This document shows, one piece after another, positions 10,344-19,665 of a DNA stretch of 64,000 bases. The notes under the pieces were generated by a model. That model saw nothing but the letters and a program-made list of their open reading frames with translations. It was not told the origin of the DNA and made no database searches. How positions within the stretch are numbered: the first letter of the stretch is position 1; every line of letters begins with the position of its first letter. The position numbers and the translations under genes were made by a program. The stretch covers positions 1 to 64,000 of the forward strand of contig JAWLHK010000023.1 in the NCBI GenBank assembly GCA_041690355.1. The letters are read 5' to 3'. Origin of the DNA: a bacterium. GTDB taxonomy: Bacteria; J088; JAWLBW01.

Positions 10344-11599
10344 AGGGCGGCCTCCGTCTCGAGGAAGATCTGGTTCGCGTGGTAGCTGAACCAGTCGAAG
10401 TCACTCCGGCGCTGCTCGCGGGTGTAGCCGAGCGAAAAGCGCAGCCAGTCGTACATCGAGGATCCGGCTTCGACTTTGGCGCTCGCCAGGACGCCGTGAT
10501 CGACCCTGGCATACGGCTCGGAATAATCGTTCACGAAGTAGCTGCCCCCGACTACGGCGGCGACCGTCGGCGCGAGCGACTGCCAGACCTCGGCGTAGAC
10601 GCGGTTGGAGACAAAGTAATTCGTACTGTAGGCGTCGAACAGATCGCGGGTCGCCCCGAGTGCGTAGCGTGTACGCTCGGTGCGGCGGTGGCTCACTTCG
10701 AGCCGAGCCAGCCAGACTTCGGCCGTCGGCACGTCAGCGGTGTAGGCCAGACGTCCGCGCCCCAGAGCGGCAACGGCGTTCAGCCGCCCGGTGACGGCAC
10801 CCTCGGCGCCGAGCCAGGCTTTCCAGCCGCCGGCGTTGGCCTTGGGGACGGCTGCGTTCTTCCCGGGCTCGGCGTAGCGCACCAGGTAACCCTCACCCTC
10901 GACGAAGGCGGCGGTACGCGGGAAAAAGCGGTAGCTTACCTTGCCGTACGGCCGGTGCAGGTTCTTATCGAGATAGTCGTAGCGCGGCGTCGCGAAGCGA
11001 TCGGTGTTCAGCCGGTAACCCGTTTCGAAGTTCAGGTTGCTCCCCTCGAGATCGTAGGTCAGCGTGGGTTTGATCTCGTGTTGATAAAGGGGCACCGGTT
11101 CGAGCTCGGTCGGCGCCTGAACGGCGAGTTCAGTGGCGGTCAGAAAAAGGCTCTTGCGCTCGAAGTCGTCGCGCAGCGAAAAACCGAGCCCGCCCGTCGT
11201 ACGGAAGTCGACTTCGGCGAAAAGCTCGTGCGTGTTGAAGGTATCCCAGACCGTCGACTCGGGCAGGCCGCTTGCCGCTTCGCCGATGCCCCCCGAATAC
11301 TTGACCCCCTGCCAGGCGTAGCCGGCCGCCGCGAAACTGCGGTATCCGAACGGAATGCGCGCCTGCAGCTGCGGGCGAACGGTGAGATAGACGTCTTCGA
11401 CGGGCTCCAGGCCGTAGACGCCGCTGTCGTGGACCTTGAAGATATTGTCATCGTAGACGGCCGAGAGCGTCGCCGTCGGGTGCAGCTCGAGCACCCCGGC
11501 GCGCAGCCGGACCGCCTCCGGCTCGCGCTCAGCCCCCCAGGCCGTGGCAGTCGGCAAGGCGATGCCGGCAGCCACCGCAAGTACGCATGCAGTCTTCAC
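10340..11599 (-). CDS. Outer-membrane beta-barrel protein of polysaccharide export loci (EpsX/ExoB/VpsM-like)
   Basis: Signal peptide, LHPTATLSAVYDDNIF start typical of this barrel family, alternating aromatic beta-strands, position directly upstream of OPX and wzc. Confidence 0.75.
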   Translation of the reverse strand: MKTACVLAVAAGIALPTATAWGAEREPEAVRLRAGVLELHPTATLSAVYDDNIFKVHDSGVYGLEPVEDVYLTVRPQLQARIPFGYRSFAAAGYAWQGVKYSGGIGEAASGLPESTVWDTFNTHELFAEVDFRTTGGLGFSLRDDFERKSLFLTATELAVQAPTELEPVPLYQHEIKPTLTYDLEGSNLNFETGYRLNTDRFATPRYDYLDKNLHRPYGKVSYRFFPRTAAFVEGEGYLVRYAEPGKNAAVPKANAGGWKAWLGAEGAVTGRLNAVAALGRGRLAYTADVPTAEVWLARLEVSHRRTERTRYALGATRDLFDAYSTNYFVSNRVYAEVWQSLAPTVAAVVGGSYFVNDYSEPYARVDHGVLASAKVEAGSSMYDWLRFSLGYTREQRRSDFDWFSYHANQIFLETEAAL

Positions 11600-11632
11600 A
11601 CTCCCCCCCTGTGTCTGAAGCCGGGCGCTTCG

Positions 11633-12205
11633 TCAGTCGATGTTCGTGGCCTCGGGCTCGCGCGGCACCAGCGAGTCGTCCGGCATCTCGTTGTCTTTCG
11701 ATTTGACGGCCTCGGGCTCGATGTCGGGCGTCACATCGCGATCGGTGACGACCTGCCCCGAATTGATGGTCAGGCATGCGCGCGCTTCGGTGGTCAGCTC
11801 GGCGACGCGATCGGCGGCGACATTGAGGGCCTTGGCCTCAGCGTTCAACGCCTGAATGTCGCTGGTCGACAGCGTCCGCAGCCGTGCAGCCGCCTTGGCG
11901 GCCGAGACGCGGATGTCGCGGGCTGGCCCGAGTTTCTGCTCGACACAGCTTACGGCGATGCTGTCCTTGCGCCGTTTCGCGTCCGTCTGCAGGCGCTGCA
12001 TATCTTCGATGTGGGCGGCAATCGTCTTCAGATATTCCGTCTCGACCTCATCCAGCTTGCCGGCCAGGATCTGAGCGGTCAGGGTCTCGATCTGTCCGAT
12101 GGCGGCCTGGGGCGCAGCCGGATGGGGATGGGTGAATCCGAGCTCGTGCGCCGATGCGGAAGCCGGAAGCAGGAGGACGGCCGAAATCAAAACCAAGCGT
12201 TTCAT
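11633..12205 (-). CDS. Secreted helical hypothetical protein with two cysteines
   Basis: Signal peptide (ASASA), helical/coiled-coil composition, SCVEQKL and ARAC cysteines, acidic tail. Confidence 0.7.
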   Translation of the reverse strand: MKRLVLISAVLLLPASASAHELGFTHPHPAAPQAAIGQIETLTAQILAGKLDEVETEYLKTIAAHIEDMQRLQTDAKRRKDSIAVSCVEQKLGPARDIRVSAAKAAARLRTLSTSDIQALNAEAKALNVAADRVAELTTEARACLTINSGQVVTDRDVTPDIEPEAVKSKDNEMPDDSLVPREPEATNID

Positions 12206-12289
12206 AAACCATACGTCCTTTCAGCCAGAGTGCCTGTTTCCAGATTAGGCAGTTCTCCTTACGTTATCAACACGCAACACCGTGCCTGT

Positions 12290-12568
12290 CTACCTCCCCC
12301 TTGCATGGGCGGAATTTTCGACTTCCTCTTCTCCGGAAGGTACTCGGCCGGCCGCGCGCACGCGGCTCTCTTCACTCAGGCTCTGCTCGGGCTCGACCTT
12401 CAGCCCCTGTGGACCATGGATGTCGTCGACGCGCTGAGAACGATCGGTAATGAACATGACTTCCGGTTTGTGAACGTGTCCTTCGACCTCGGCCTCCTCC
12501 ATACGGATGGTTCCGGCGAGAGCGGCGGCGGGCAGGAAAACCAGAAGCATCGTCAGCAGGCGTCTCAT
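12290..12568 (-). CDS. Small secreted protein, GltF/CglF-like
   Basis: Strong SD AAGGAG before ATG 12568; signal peptide, then TIRMEEAEVEGHVHKPEVMFITDRS resembling the 'IEG..KP....' motif of CglF-like peptides. Confidence 0.6.
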   Translation of the reverse strand: MRRLLTMLLVFLPAAALAGTIRMEEAEVEGHVHKPEVMFITDRSQRVDDIHGPQGLKVEPEQSLSEESRVRAAGRVPSGEEEVENSAHARGR

Positions 12569-12569
12569 G

Positions 12570-13985
12570 TCACTCTCCTTCCACCGCTGGACGGTATGCA
12601 GAGGGGAGCTCCGCCTCCGCATCCTCGGGCGCTGCGGGTTTCGGGTCGGTGCCGGGGGCGGCGCCGCCGGGCGTCGCGGCGGCCGGCCCCGCGCGCGGCG
12701 CAGCCGCCGGTTCCGGGCGGGCCCTGCGGTCGGCAGCGTCCCGGGCCGCCCCCGCCGGAGCAGCGGTATCCGGCGCTTCCTGCGGGGTGCCCGCCTGCAG
12801 AACGGCAGGTCCGCCGGCAACGGGGTCGGGCAGCGATTGAATCGTGGCGATGGCCCGCTGGATCTCGGCCCGCCGCGCCCCCTCGGTCAGCGCAGCAGCA
12901 CGTTGAAGACTCTGCAGTGCGGCCGCCCGCCCGGTCTGCGTCGAGGCGTCAAGCGCGTAGAAGCGACCCGCGGTAACGAGCCAGGCGGGAGAAGCACGCT
13001 CTCCCTCGGGGATGCGCTGGAGAGCGCCGCGCACGTCGTCCCGCGCCTCGCGCTCGACCAGGAGATTGGCCAGATTCAGCCAACCCGCCCAGAGGCGCGG
13101 ATCGGACTTGAGCGCCCGCCGAAAAAAGCGTTCGGCCTCGTCGGGCCGGCTGAGGCGCAAGGCGACCACACCGCGATCATTCCACGCTGGGGCCAGGCCC
13201 GGCTCGGCCCGTACGGCGGCTTCGAGATGCTCCAGCGCACGCGGCCAGTTCTCCTCGGCCACGGCATGCCGTGCCAGACGGTACCGGATGGCCCCCTGCT
13301 GAACCTCCGGCTGACCCACCAGCGGTTCGAGAAGTCGGGCGGCCAGCAGCTCGTGGCCGAGATCGTCGTGCGCAAAGGCGATTACGGCACGCGCCTGTAC
13401 GCTCTCGGGGTCGAGCAGCAGCGAGCGCCGGGCGGCCACGAGCGCCCCCAGCGGATCACCGAGCCGCCGCCGGGCCTCAGCCAGCAGCAGAAGACGTGCA
13501 GGGTCGCGCGGATGCTCCCGGACCAGCCTCTCGCCGAGGGAAAGAGCCGCTCTGCCGTTTCCCGAAGCGACGTAGGCTTCGAGCAGGCGGGCGGCGATCA
13601 CCGTGCGGCCGGGCTGCAGGTACCAGGCGTCGCGCAGTGGCGGCACGGCAAGTTCCGGACGGCCGAGTTGGAGCAGACGGTCGGCCAGCCGGAGCCGCAG
13701 ACCGACGTCACCCGGCCGATCGGCAAGCTGTTCTACAAGAGTCGAGACGGTCTCCCATTCGTCAGGGGGGAGCGTCCGGCGCAGGGAGCCGTAGAGCGCC
13801 CCGGGCGCATCCATGGATTCCGCAGATTCAGCGCCGGTGGCAGGCGCCGGCATGGCCGTCTCGGTAAACGGGGCCGGACTGAGCGCCGGCGCCTCGGTGA
13901 CCACGCGCGCAGAAGCGCGAGGGCCGGCACAGGCGGCGGTAAGGAGAGGGAGGAAGAAAAGAAGCCGGGGCAGGCGCACGCTCAT
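12570..13985 (-). CDS. TPR-repeat lipoprotein (GltE/AglT-like position)
   Basis: Lipobox LTAAC, TPR repeats (AWNDRGVVALRLSRPDEAERFFRRAL), Pro/Ala-rich tail. Confidence 0.75.
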   Translation of the reverse strand: MSVRLPRLLFFLPLLTAACAGPRASARVVTEAPALSPAPFTETAMPAPATGAESAESMDAPGALYGSLRRTLPPDEWETVSTLVEQLADRPGDVGLRLRLADRLLQLGRPELAVPPLRDAWYLQPGRTVIAARLLEAYVASGNGRAALSLGERLVREHPRDPARLLLLAEARRRLGDPLGALVAARRSLLLDPESVQARAVIAFAHDDLGHELLAARLLEPLVGQPEVQQGAIRYRLARHAVAEENWPRALEHLEAAVRAEPGLAPAWNDRGVVALRLSRPDEAERFFRRALKSDPRLWAGWLNLANLLVEREARDDVRGALQRIPEGERASPAWLVTAGRFYALDASTQTGRAAALQSLQRAAALTEGARRAEIQRAIATIQSLPDPVAGGPAVLQAGTPQEAPDTAAPAGAARDAADRRARPEPAAAPRAGPAAATPGGAAPGTDPKPAAPEDAEAELPSAYRPAVEGE

Positions 13986-16900
13986 CTCACGACCTCCTTC
14001 GCGGCGGGGAATCGATGCACCCAGGTGCGGCCTTCTCCGAAGTAGAGCCGCTCGGCAAGACCGGCGCCGATCAGCAGGCGCTCCAGCTGCCAGTCACCGA
14101 CGGTCTGTGGTTCGCCGCTGTGGCTGATCGGAGGCCGTGGCGCCTGAGACGGGGTGGCCGCCCGCAGCAGGATCGGCGGCGTGTCGCGGTCGGCTGTCAC
14201 AACCGGCGGCGTGAGGTCGGCCGTGAGAATCCGGATACGTACCGGCCTGCGATCGAGCGCTTCACGGATTCTGGCGGTCCACTCGTTCTCGAGGCTGTCG
14301 CGTTCGGCTTTCGCCATGGCCTTGCGAAAGGCCTGAAGCGCCTTGTCTTCGAGCGGTGCGGCCTGGTCGGCCAGCTCGGCCCGGTAGATTTCGGCTTCGT
14401 CCTCAGCCAGCCCGGCGGGTACCGGCGCAGCAAACAGCATGTCGGCAAAATGCTGGTAGAGCTCGCCGATGCGATACATGGCGGCAAGGGCGTAGTAGGT
14501 GTCTCCGGCGGCGACGACCCCGGCGTAGGCAGACTCGAGGCGTTTCAGCAACGCCGCCTTGCGCTCCAGAACTGCGGCTGCGCGCTCGAGCCTCGTCGGC
14601 AGCTCCAGATCGAAGTAGGCTTTTCTATCGGCCTCGGCCCGGTCGAAACGAAGGGCGGCGAGAACGCCGTCTTCAGGACTCAGACCGGCCTTGGCAACTG
14701 CTGCGCAGAGCGCAAGGCCGCGATCGAGCAGCTTGGCACGAACCTTTCCCTCGGAGATCTGGGCCGCTTTCCAGAGCGCGAAGGGCGCGCGCGGCGTCAG
14801 GCGCATCCGCGCAAATTCCTCATACCGCTGCCGTGCACGCTCCAGTTCGCCGGCGGCTTCCCACTGGGCGGCCGCACGCAGGAGGGCATCGGAAGTCGCG
14901 GTGGCGTCGACGCCGTAGAGCTGGTAGTGCGCTTCGAACTCGGCGGCCGCCTCGGCATGACGTTCAACCCCGGCCAGCAGCGTGGCCCGGTTGAAGCGCG
15001 CCTCGACGGCCTCACGCGCCCTGGGAAACCGGGCGAGCAGAAACCCGTAGGCATCGATGGCGCGCGGCAAGTCGAGCACCTGCTCATAAATCCAGGCCCG
15101 CCGGAAGGCGGCGCGCGGGGCAGACTCGGCCTTGGGGTGCCGGGCAAGGAGCTTTTCGTAGATGGCGAGCGCTTCGGCGTAACGCTTCTCCTTTTCGCGC
15201 AGGTGCCCCGCGTTGAAGAGCGCCGTCGTTCCCGAACGGGTCGCGCCGTAGCGGGCATAGACTCCAAGGTAGTTGCGCACGGCAGGCTCGACCTCGCCGC
15301 CGCGCTCCCGGGCGAGGGCTTCGTGGAACATGGCGGCGCCGACGATCTCGCGGATATGAGCCGCCTCCGCCGCCACGGCCATGTGGCGACCGCGCAGAAT
15401 CCGGTCGGCCCAGGCGGCCAGCTCACCGTACCGCTTATCGGCGGCATAGCTGTCGATGACCGTCTGCACCGCGTCCAGGACGAGGTCGGCGTCCGGATAG
15501 CGGTCAATGAGCGCCTTGAGCTCTTCGCGGCACGGCGCGCCCCGGCCCGCGTCGCAGAGGCGCCGGGCCGCGTGGTAGAGAACGAGCGGGCTGCGCTCGT
15601 CGGTCGGGCGCAGATCGGCAAACTTGCGGCTCACCTCGAGAAGCCTGTCGGGCCCGTCGGCCGCCTTGCCGCCGGCCAGCTCACGCGCAGAGAGCACCAT
15701 GTTGTAGGCTGCCCGGGCGGCGATGTCGGTCGCCGGATCGGGGGCCGAGAGCGCGACGGTCTCGTACAGGCCGATCGCGCTCGCGAACTCGCCCCGGTCA
15801 TAGAGAATTTCGGCGAGATAGAAGGCCATCGGCACGGCCCGCGGCTTTCCGGCATACCGTGCAAGGTAGTCGCGGTAAGCGGCTTCGGCCATCGGCTCGC
15901 TCTCGGCGACCCCGCGGAGTTTACGGTAGTGATGGTACGTTGCGAATTCGAACAGGAAGCGCTCAGCCAGCCGATCGGCCTGGGCCTGGAGGGCGGGCCG
16001 TGTCGCCTGCGCTGCGTACCAGGTTGAGCCCGTCGCAAAATCTTCGACGAACGCGCGGCGCATGGCGACGGCCTCGTCGAGGCGGCGTTCCTGATGAAGC
16101 GCCGCGAGAACCCGCTGCGCAAGCTCGAGGCGTTCGGGGCCAAGGGGGATGCGAGCCATCGCGGCGGTATAGGCGCTGATCGCCTCGGGAAAGCGCGTGC
16201 TGTCGAAGAGAACGTCGGCGACTCGCCGTCGCAGTCGCTGGTCGAAGTCACGTGGGCCGCGCTCGGCCATGTGCGTAACCGCGGCGGCGTACCCGAACCC
16301 CTCGACATAGCTGATCGCCAGATACTGCAGCGATTCTTCGAGAAGATCGGGCCGGGATCGGCCCATGTCGGCAAGCCGTGTGAAGGCACTGACCGCCTCG
16401 GCATAGCGATCCATCCGATACAACGTCCAGGCCCGCTTGTACAGGGCGCGGTCCATCCAGACATCGTCGCCGCCGGTCGCCTCTGCATAATAGGTTTCGG
16501 CCCGCTCGAGCCGGCCCGCCTCGAAGTGGTAATCGCCGACCCGCACGAGCAGCTCGCTGCGGAAGGGAATTCCGGGATCTTCCTCGAGCAGCTGCGTGAA
16601 GGTGGCCGCCGCCGCAGACTCATGGCCTTCTTCCAGGAAGCAATAGCCGATCAGATAGCGGGCGAGCGCGCGGTGTCCCGAATCGGGGTAGCGAGACAAG
16701 AGCTCCTGCAGCACCCGCCGGGCGTCCGCATAATCGCGTCGGGGGATGGCGCCCTCGTCCTCTTCGGGGTCTCGACCCAGCGCCTGGGCCATGGCGGCGC
16801 CGTAGCGTTCGTCTTCGACCTCCATGTAAAGACTCGCCAGCCTCAGAAGTGCGTCTGCGCCGTGCACGGGCTGGGTCGACGCGGCCGCAAAGCGCTCGAG

Positions 16901-17182
16901 CCGCACGATGGCTGCCAGGCGGTCACGCCGCGCGGCATCTTCGTACGGGCGGGCGAGCGCGCGAAAGCGGCGCTGAATCCGGAGGGCCTCATCGGCAAAG
17001 CCACTCTCCTGCGCGCGACGGACTTCGGCCGCGGCCCGCTCGAGATTACGGCGCGCGAGCAGCAGTCGCAGCTCCTTCTCCTGCATCTGGAGATCGGGCA
17101 GACCGAGGGGCGCCGCCGCTGCGGTTCGCACAGGCCCGAAGAGGAGCGCGAAGACGAGCGGAAGCCAGAGGCGTCCCTTCAC
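13982..17182 (-). CDS. Large TPR protein, GltD/AgmU-like
   Basis: Signal peptide, many TPRs, C-terminal ALAAMYRIGELYQHFADMLFAAPVPAGLAEDEAEIYRAELADQAAPLEDKA block characteristic of AgmU/GltD-type proteins. Confidence 0.75.
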   Translation of the reverse strand: MKGRLWLPLVFALLFGPVRTAAAAPLGLPDLQMQEKELRLLLARRNLERAAAEVRRAQESGFADEALRIQRRFRALARPYEDAARRDRLAAIVRLERFAAASTQPVHGADALLRLASLYMEVEDERYGAAMAQALGRDPEEDEGAIPRRDYADARRVLQELLSRYPDSGHRALARYLIGYCFLEEGHESAAAATFTQLLEEDPGIPFRSELLVRVGDYHFEAGRLERAETYYAEATGGDDVWMDRALYKRAWTLYRMDRYAEAVSAFTRLADMGRSRPDLLEESLQYLAISYVEGFGYAAAVTHMAERGPRDFDQRLRRRVADVLFDSTRFPEAISAYTAAMARIPLGPERLELAQRVLAALHQERRLDEAVAMRRAFVEDFATGSTWYAAQATRPALQAQADRLAERFLFEFATYHHYRKLRGVAESEPMAEAAYRDYLARYAGKPRAVPMAFYLAEILYDRGEFASAIGLYETVALSAPDPATDIAARAAYNMVLSARELAGGKAADGPDRLLEVSRKFADLRPTDERSPLVLYHAARRLCDAGRGAPCREELKALIDRYPDADLVLDAVQTVIDSYAADKRYGELAAWADRILRGRHMAVAAEAAHIREIVGAAMFHEALARERGGEVEPAVRNYLGVYARYGATRSGTTALFNAGHLREKEKRYAEALAIYEKLLARHPKAESAPRAAFRRAWIYEQVLDLPRAIDAYGFLLARFPRAREAVEARFNRATLLAGVERHAEAAAEFEAHYQLYGVDATATSDALLRAAAQWEAAGELERARQRYEEFARMRLTPRAPFALWKAAQISEGKVRAKLLDRGLALCAAVAKAGLSPEDGVLAALRFDRAEADRKAYFDLELPTRLERAAAVLERKAALLKRLESAYAGVVAAGDTYYALAAMYRIGELYQHFADMLFAAPVPAGLAEDEAEIYRAELADQAAPLEDKALQAFRKAMAKAERDSLENEWTARIREALDRRPVRIRILTADLTPPVVTADRDTPPILLRAATPSQAPRPPISHSGEPQTVGDWQLERLLIGAGLAERLYFGEGRTWVHRFPAAKEVVR

Positions 17183-19659
17183 CGTGCACCTCGCGGCACG
17201 GCCGGTTCTTCCGGCGACAGAACTCCGGAACCGGAGTCCAACCGGTACACGACGCCGGCCTTCAGGCGCCGCACGATCGTGCGGGAGCCACGCGCAGAGT
17301 CAAAGTCGATCTGGTGAACTCCGGGCGTCAGAAAGACCGTCCGCTCGAACAGGGGGTAGTAGGCGCCGTCGATCAGGAGCGCGCCAAGTTCCGGATCGGC
17401 AAGCAGCACCGCCTGTTCGATGCGGCTGGTCTCCTCGTCGGCTTGGCGGTCGCTGTTACGTTGCAGTTCCCGCTCCCGGCGAACGGCGCGAAATGTGCCC
17501 AGTTCCCCGTCGAGCGCCGCATGGCCTTGGTCCAGGCCGACGGCCGCGTCTTCGAGGGCCGCGCGCTGCCGGGCCTGCAGCCCCTGTGCAGGCGGCCCGG
17601 GCTCGGCTGCCGGCTTCTCGGCAGCGGTCTCGTATGCGGCGCGCAATTGTTCCAGGTGCGCCTGGCGCACCGTCTGCAGCCCTGCGAGCCTCGCTGCCGC
17701 CACGTTGCGTCTGCGCCAGGCGGCGTCGACCATCCCCATCCGCGCGTTCTCGAGCAACCCGGCCAGCTCGGCTCGAAAGCGCCCTGCCTCATCGAGCACG
17801 ATCTGCCCCCTTTGGGTCTCGAGCTCGCCCTGAAGTTTGCGCAAGGCGGCACCGATCTGGACCGCACGCTCGAGGCGCATGCGGATTCGCGCGCGGGAAG
17901 CAACGGCCCGGCGTTGACGGACCTCGACGAGATCGCGCGCAACCGAAGCGAGCGTCTTGTTGACCCGGTCGAGCCTGCGCGCCAGAGCCCGCGCGCCCGC
18001 CAGGGCACGCGGCGGGGTGCGGTAAACGAACGTGTCGAGCATGGCGGCGATCAGCCTGGATTCAAGCTGCGTGGCGGCGAGGATGCCGTCGTGAATGCGT
18101 ACCTCCGTTCTATCGAGCTTCACGAAAGCCGTCTCGATGTCGGCCAGGGGCCGCACGGCGTCGGGCGCCGGATGCACGGCGTCAGCGCTCCATAGCGCCG
18201 CATCGGCCATCTGCATGAGGCGTACCAGCTCCTGCCGACGCTCGACATTGCGAACGGCAAGTTCACGAAGTTCCCTTTTCTGCGCGCGCGCCGCCGCCAG
18301 TTCGCTGCGAAGCCGCATGTACACCTCTCCCGTGCGGCCGGGAAGGCGCTCGCCCATCGACGCGACGCGCCGGTCGAATTCGGCTTCAATCTCGCTGAAT
18401 TCGGCCTCGAGTGCAGCGCGCTCGTGCAGCAGGCGCCGAATGGACTCATCCCCGGTCTGACTGAACGAGTTCTCGGCGAGGTTCTGCACCTCGCGAAGGT
18501 CGCGCAGGGTGCCCACCAGATGGCGTTGCAGGCGGGCCGAAAGCTCCGACAGTTCGCGGGCGCGCGCCAGGTGATCGCTTCTGCCGAGGCGTGTCAGAAG
18601 TTCGACGTCGTCGCGCTGTGCACGGGCAAGCGTCCGGTTGATGTCGAGGACGTAGGCGGCGTAGGCGTCGGCCGGACGTGTGACCGCATGAACGCGCGCG
18701 ATGTGCAGATCGAGCGCGCCGAAGCGGGCGATGTAGGCGGCGAAGCTTTCTTCGGCGTCGTCGAAGCGGTCGGTAGCGAGCAGGTGGTAGCCGTAGCTGA
18801 CTTCGGCGCGCGGCAGCAGATCGCTGCGCGGCCGCTCGACGGCAAGCCGCAGCAGAACGCCGGCAGCCGCCGTAACGTCGCCGGCGGCGGCATGGACCCA
18901 GGAAGTTTCGAACAGGCTGCGGTCGAGAAGCGGCGAACGCTCGGGGAGCGCCGCAAAAGCGGCTGCGGCGGCATGCAGGTCGCCGTGCTGGGCCTCGAGG
19001 CGGCCTCTGGCCAGAAAGAGGCGGTCGTAGAGATCGGGATCTTCGTCGCGATCGAAGCCCTTCGCCGTATCCGTCAGAATCCGCCGCGCCCCCGCAATGT
19101 CGCCGGCGAAGTAGCTGGCAAGGCCGAAAAGGTATCCCGCCTCCCGCCCGAGAGAACCCTCAGGCGGCACGCCGGCGAGCAGGCTTGCCGCCTCCAGAAA
19201 CAGCCCGGCACGGTACGCGGACCGGGCGGCGGCGAGGCGCAGGGTGACCGGCGGATCTCCGTACGCGCGCTCCCAGGCCTGGAGTGCCTCGAGGGCCCGG
19301 TCCGGCTTTCCACCCAGGTGAAAAAGGTGGACCCGGGCGGTGAGAGCCTGCCGGCGCCAGGGTTCTCCGTGCCCCACCAGCTCAACGAGCAGCGCCTCGG
19401 CGCTCGGATAGAAACCTACCGCGGTATAGGCGGCGGCCAGGCGGGCGATGACCGAAGGGGGCACCGCGGCGCGCGATTTCTGAACGTGGCGCACCGCCGT
19501 CAGGAGCGGGGGTATGGAGGCCCAGGCATCCCCGGCCGCCAGGTGCGCGTCGGCCACCCGCAGCTGGTCGGCGACCAGATCGGTCTCGGGAATCTGAACG
19601 GCGCCGGGCGGCGCAAGCGCCAGCAATCCGGCCATGCACGCAGCGGCAAACAGACTCAT
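17179..19659 (-). CDS. TPR and coiled-coil protein (secreted)
   Basis: Signal peptide, N-terminal TPRs, long coiled-coil, LLENARMGMVDAAW motif; 4-bp overlap with the downstream gene. Confidence 0.75.
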   Translation of the reverse strand: MSLFAAACMAGLLALAPPGAVQIPETDLVADQLRVADAHLAAGDAWASIPPLLTAVRHVQKSRAAVPPSVIARLAAAYTAVGFYPSAEALLVELVGHGEPWRRQALTARVHLFHLGGKPDRALEALQAWERAYGDPPVTLRLAAARSAYRAGLFLEAASLLAGVPPEGSLGREAGYLFGLASYFAGDIAGARRILTDTAKGFDRDEDPDLYDRLFLARGRLEAQHGDLHAAAAAFAALPERSPLLDRSLFETSWVHAAAGDVTAAAGVLLRLAVERPRSDLLPRAEVSYGYHLLATDRFDDAEESFAAYIARFGALDLHIARVHAVTRPADAYAAYVLDINRTLARAQRDDVELLTRLGRSDHLARARELSELSARLQRHLVGTLRDLREVQNLAENSFSQTGDESIRRLLHERAALEAEFSEIEAEFDRRVASMGERLPGRTGEVYMRLRSELAAARAQKRELRELAVRNVERRQELVRLMQMADAALWSADAVHPAPDAVRPLADIETAFVKLDRTEVRIHDGILAATQLESRLIAAMLDTFVYRTPPRALAGARALARRLDRVNKTLASVARDLVEVRQRRAVASRARIRMRLERAVQIGAALRKLQGELETQRGQIVLDEAGRFRAELAGLLENARMGMVDAAWRRRNVAAARLAGLQTVRQAHLEQLRAAYETAAEKPAAEPGPPAQGLQARQRAALEDAAVGLDQGHAALDGELGTFRAVRRERELQRNSDRQADEETSRIEQAVLLADPELGALLIDGAYYPLFERTVFLTPGVHQIDFDSARGSRTIVRRLKAGVVYRLDSGSGVLSPEEPAVPRGAR

Positions 19660-19665
19660 CGGCGA

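Noticed and set aside
12274-12287. sigma54 promoter (AGGCACGGTGTTGC on the minus strand)
   Set aside because: GG to GC spacing is 9 nt instead of the required 10
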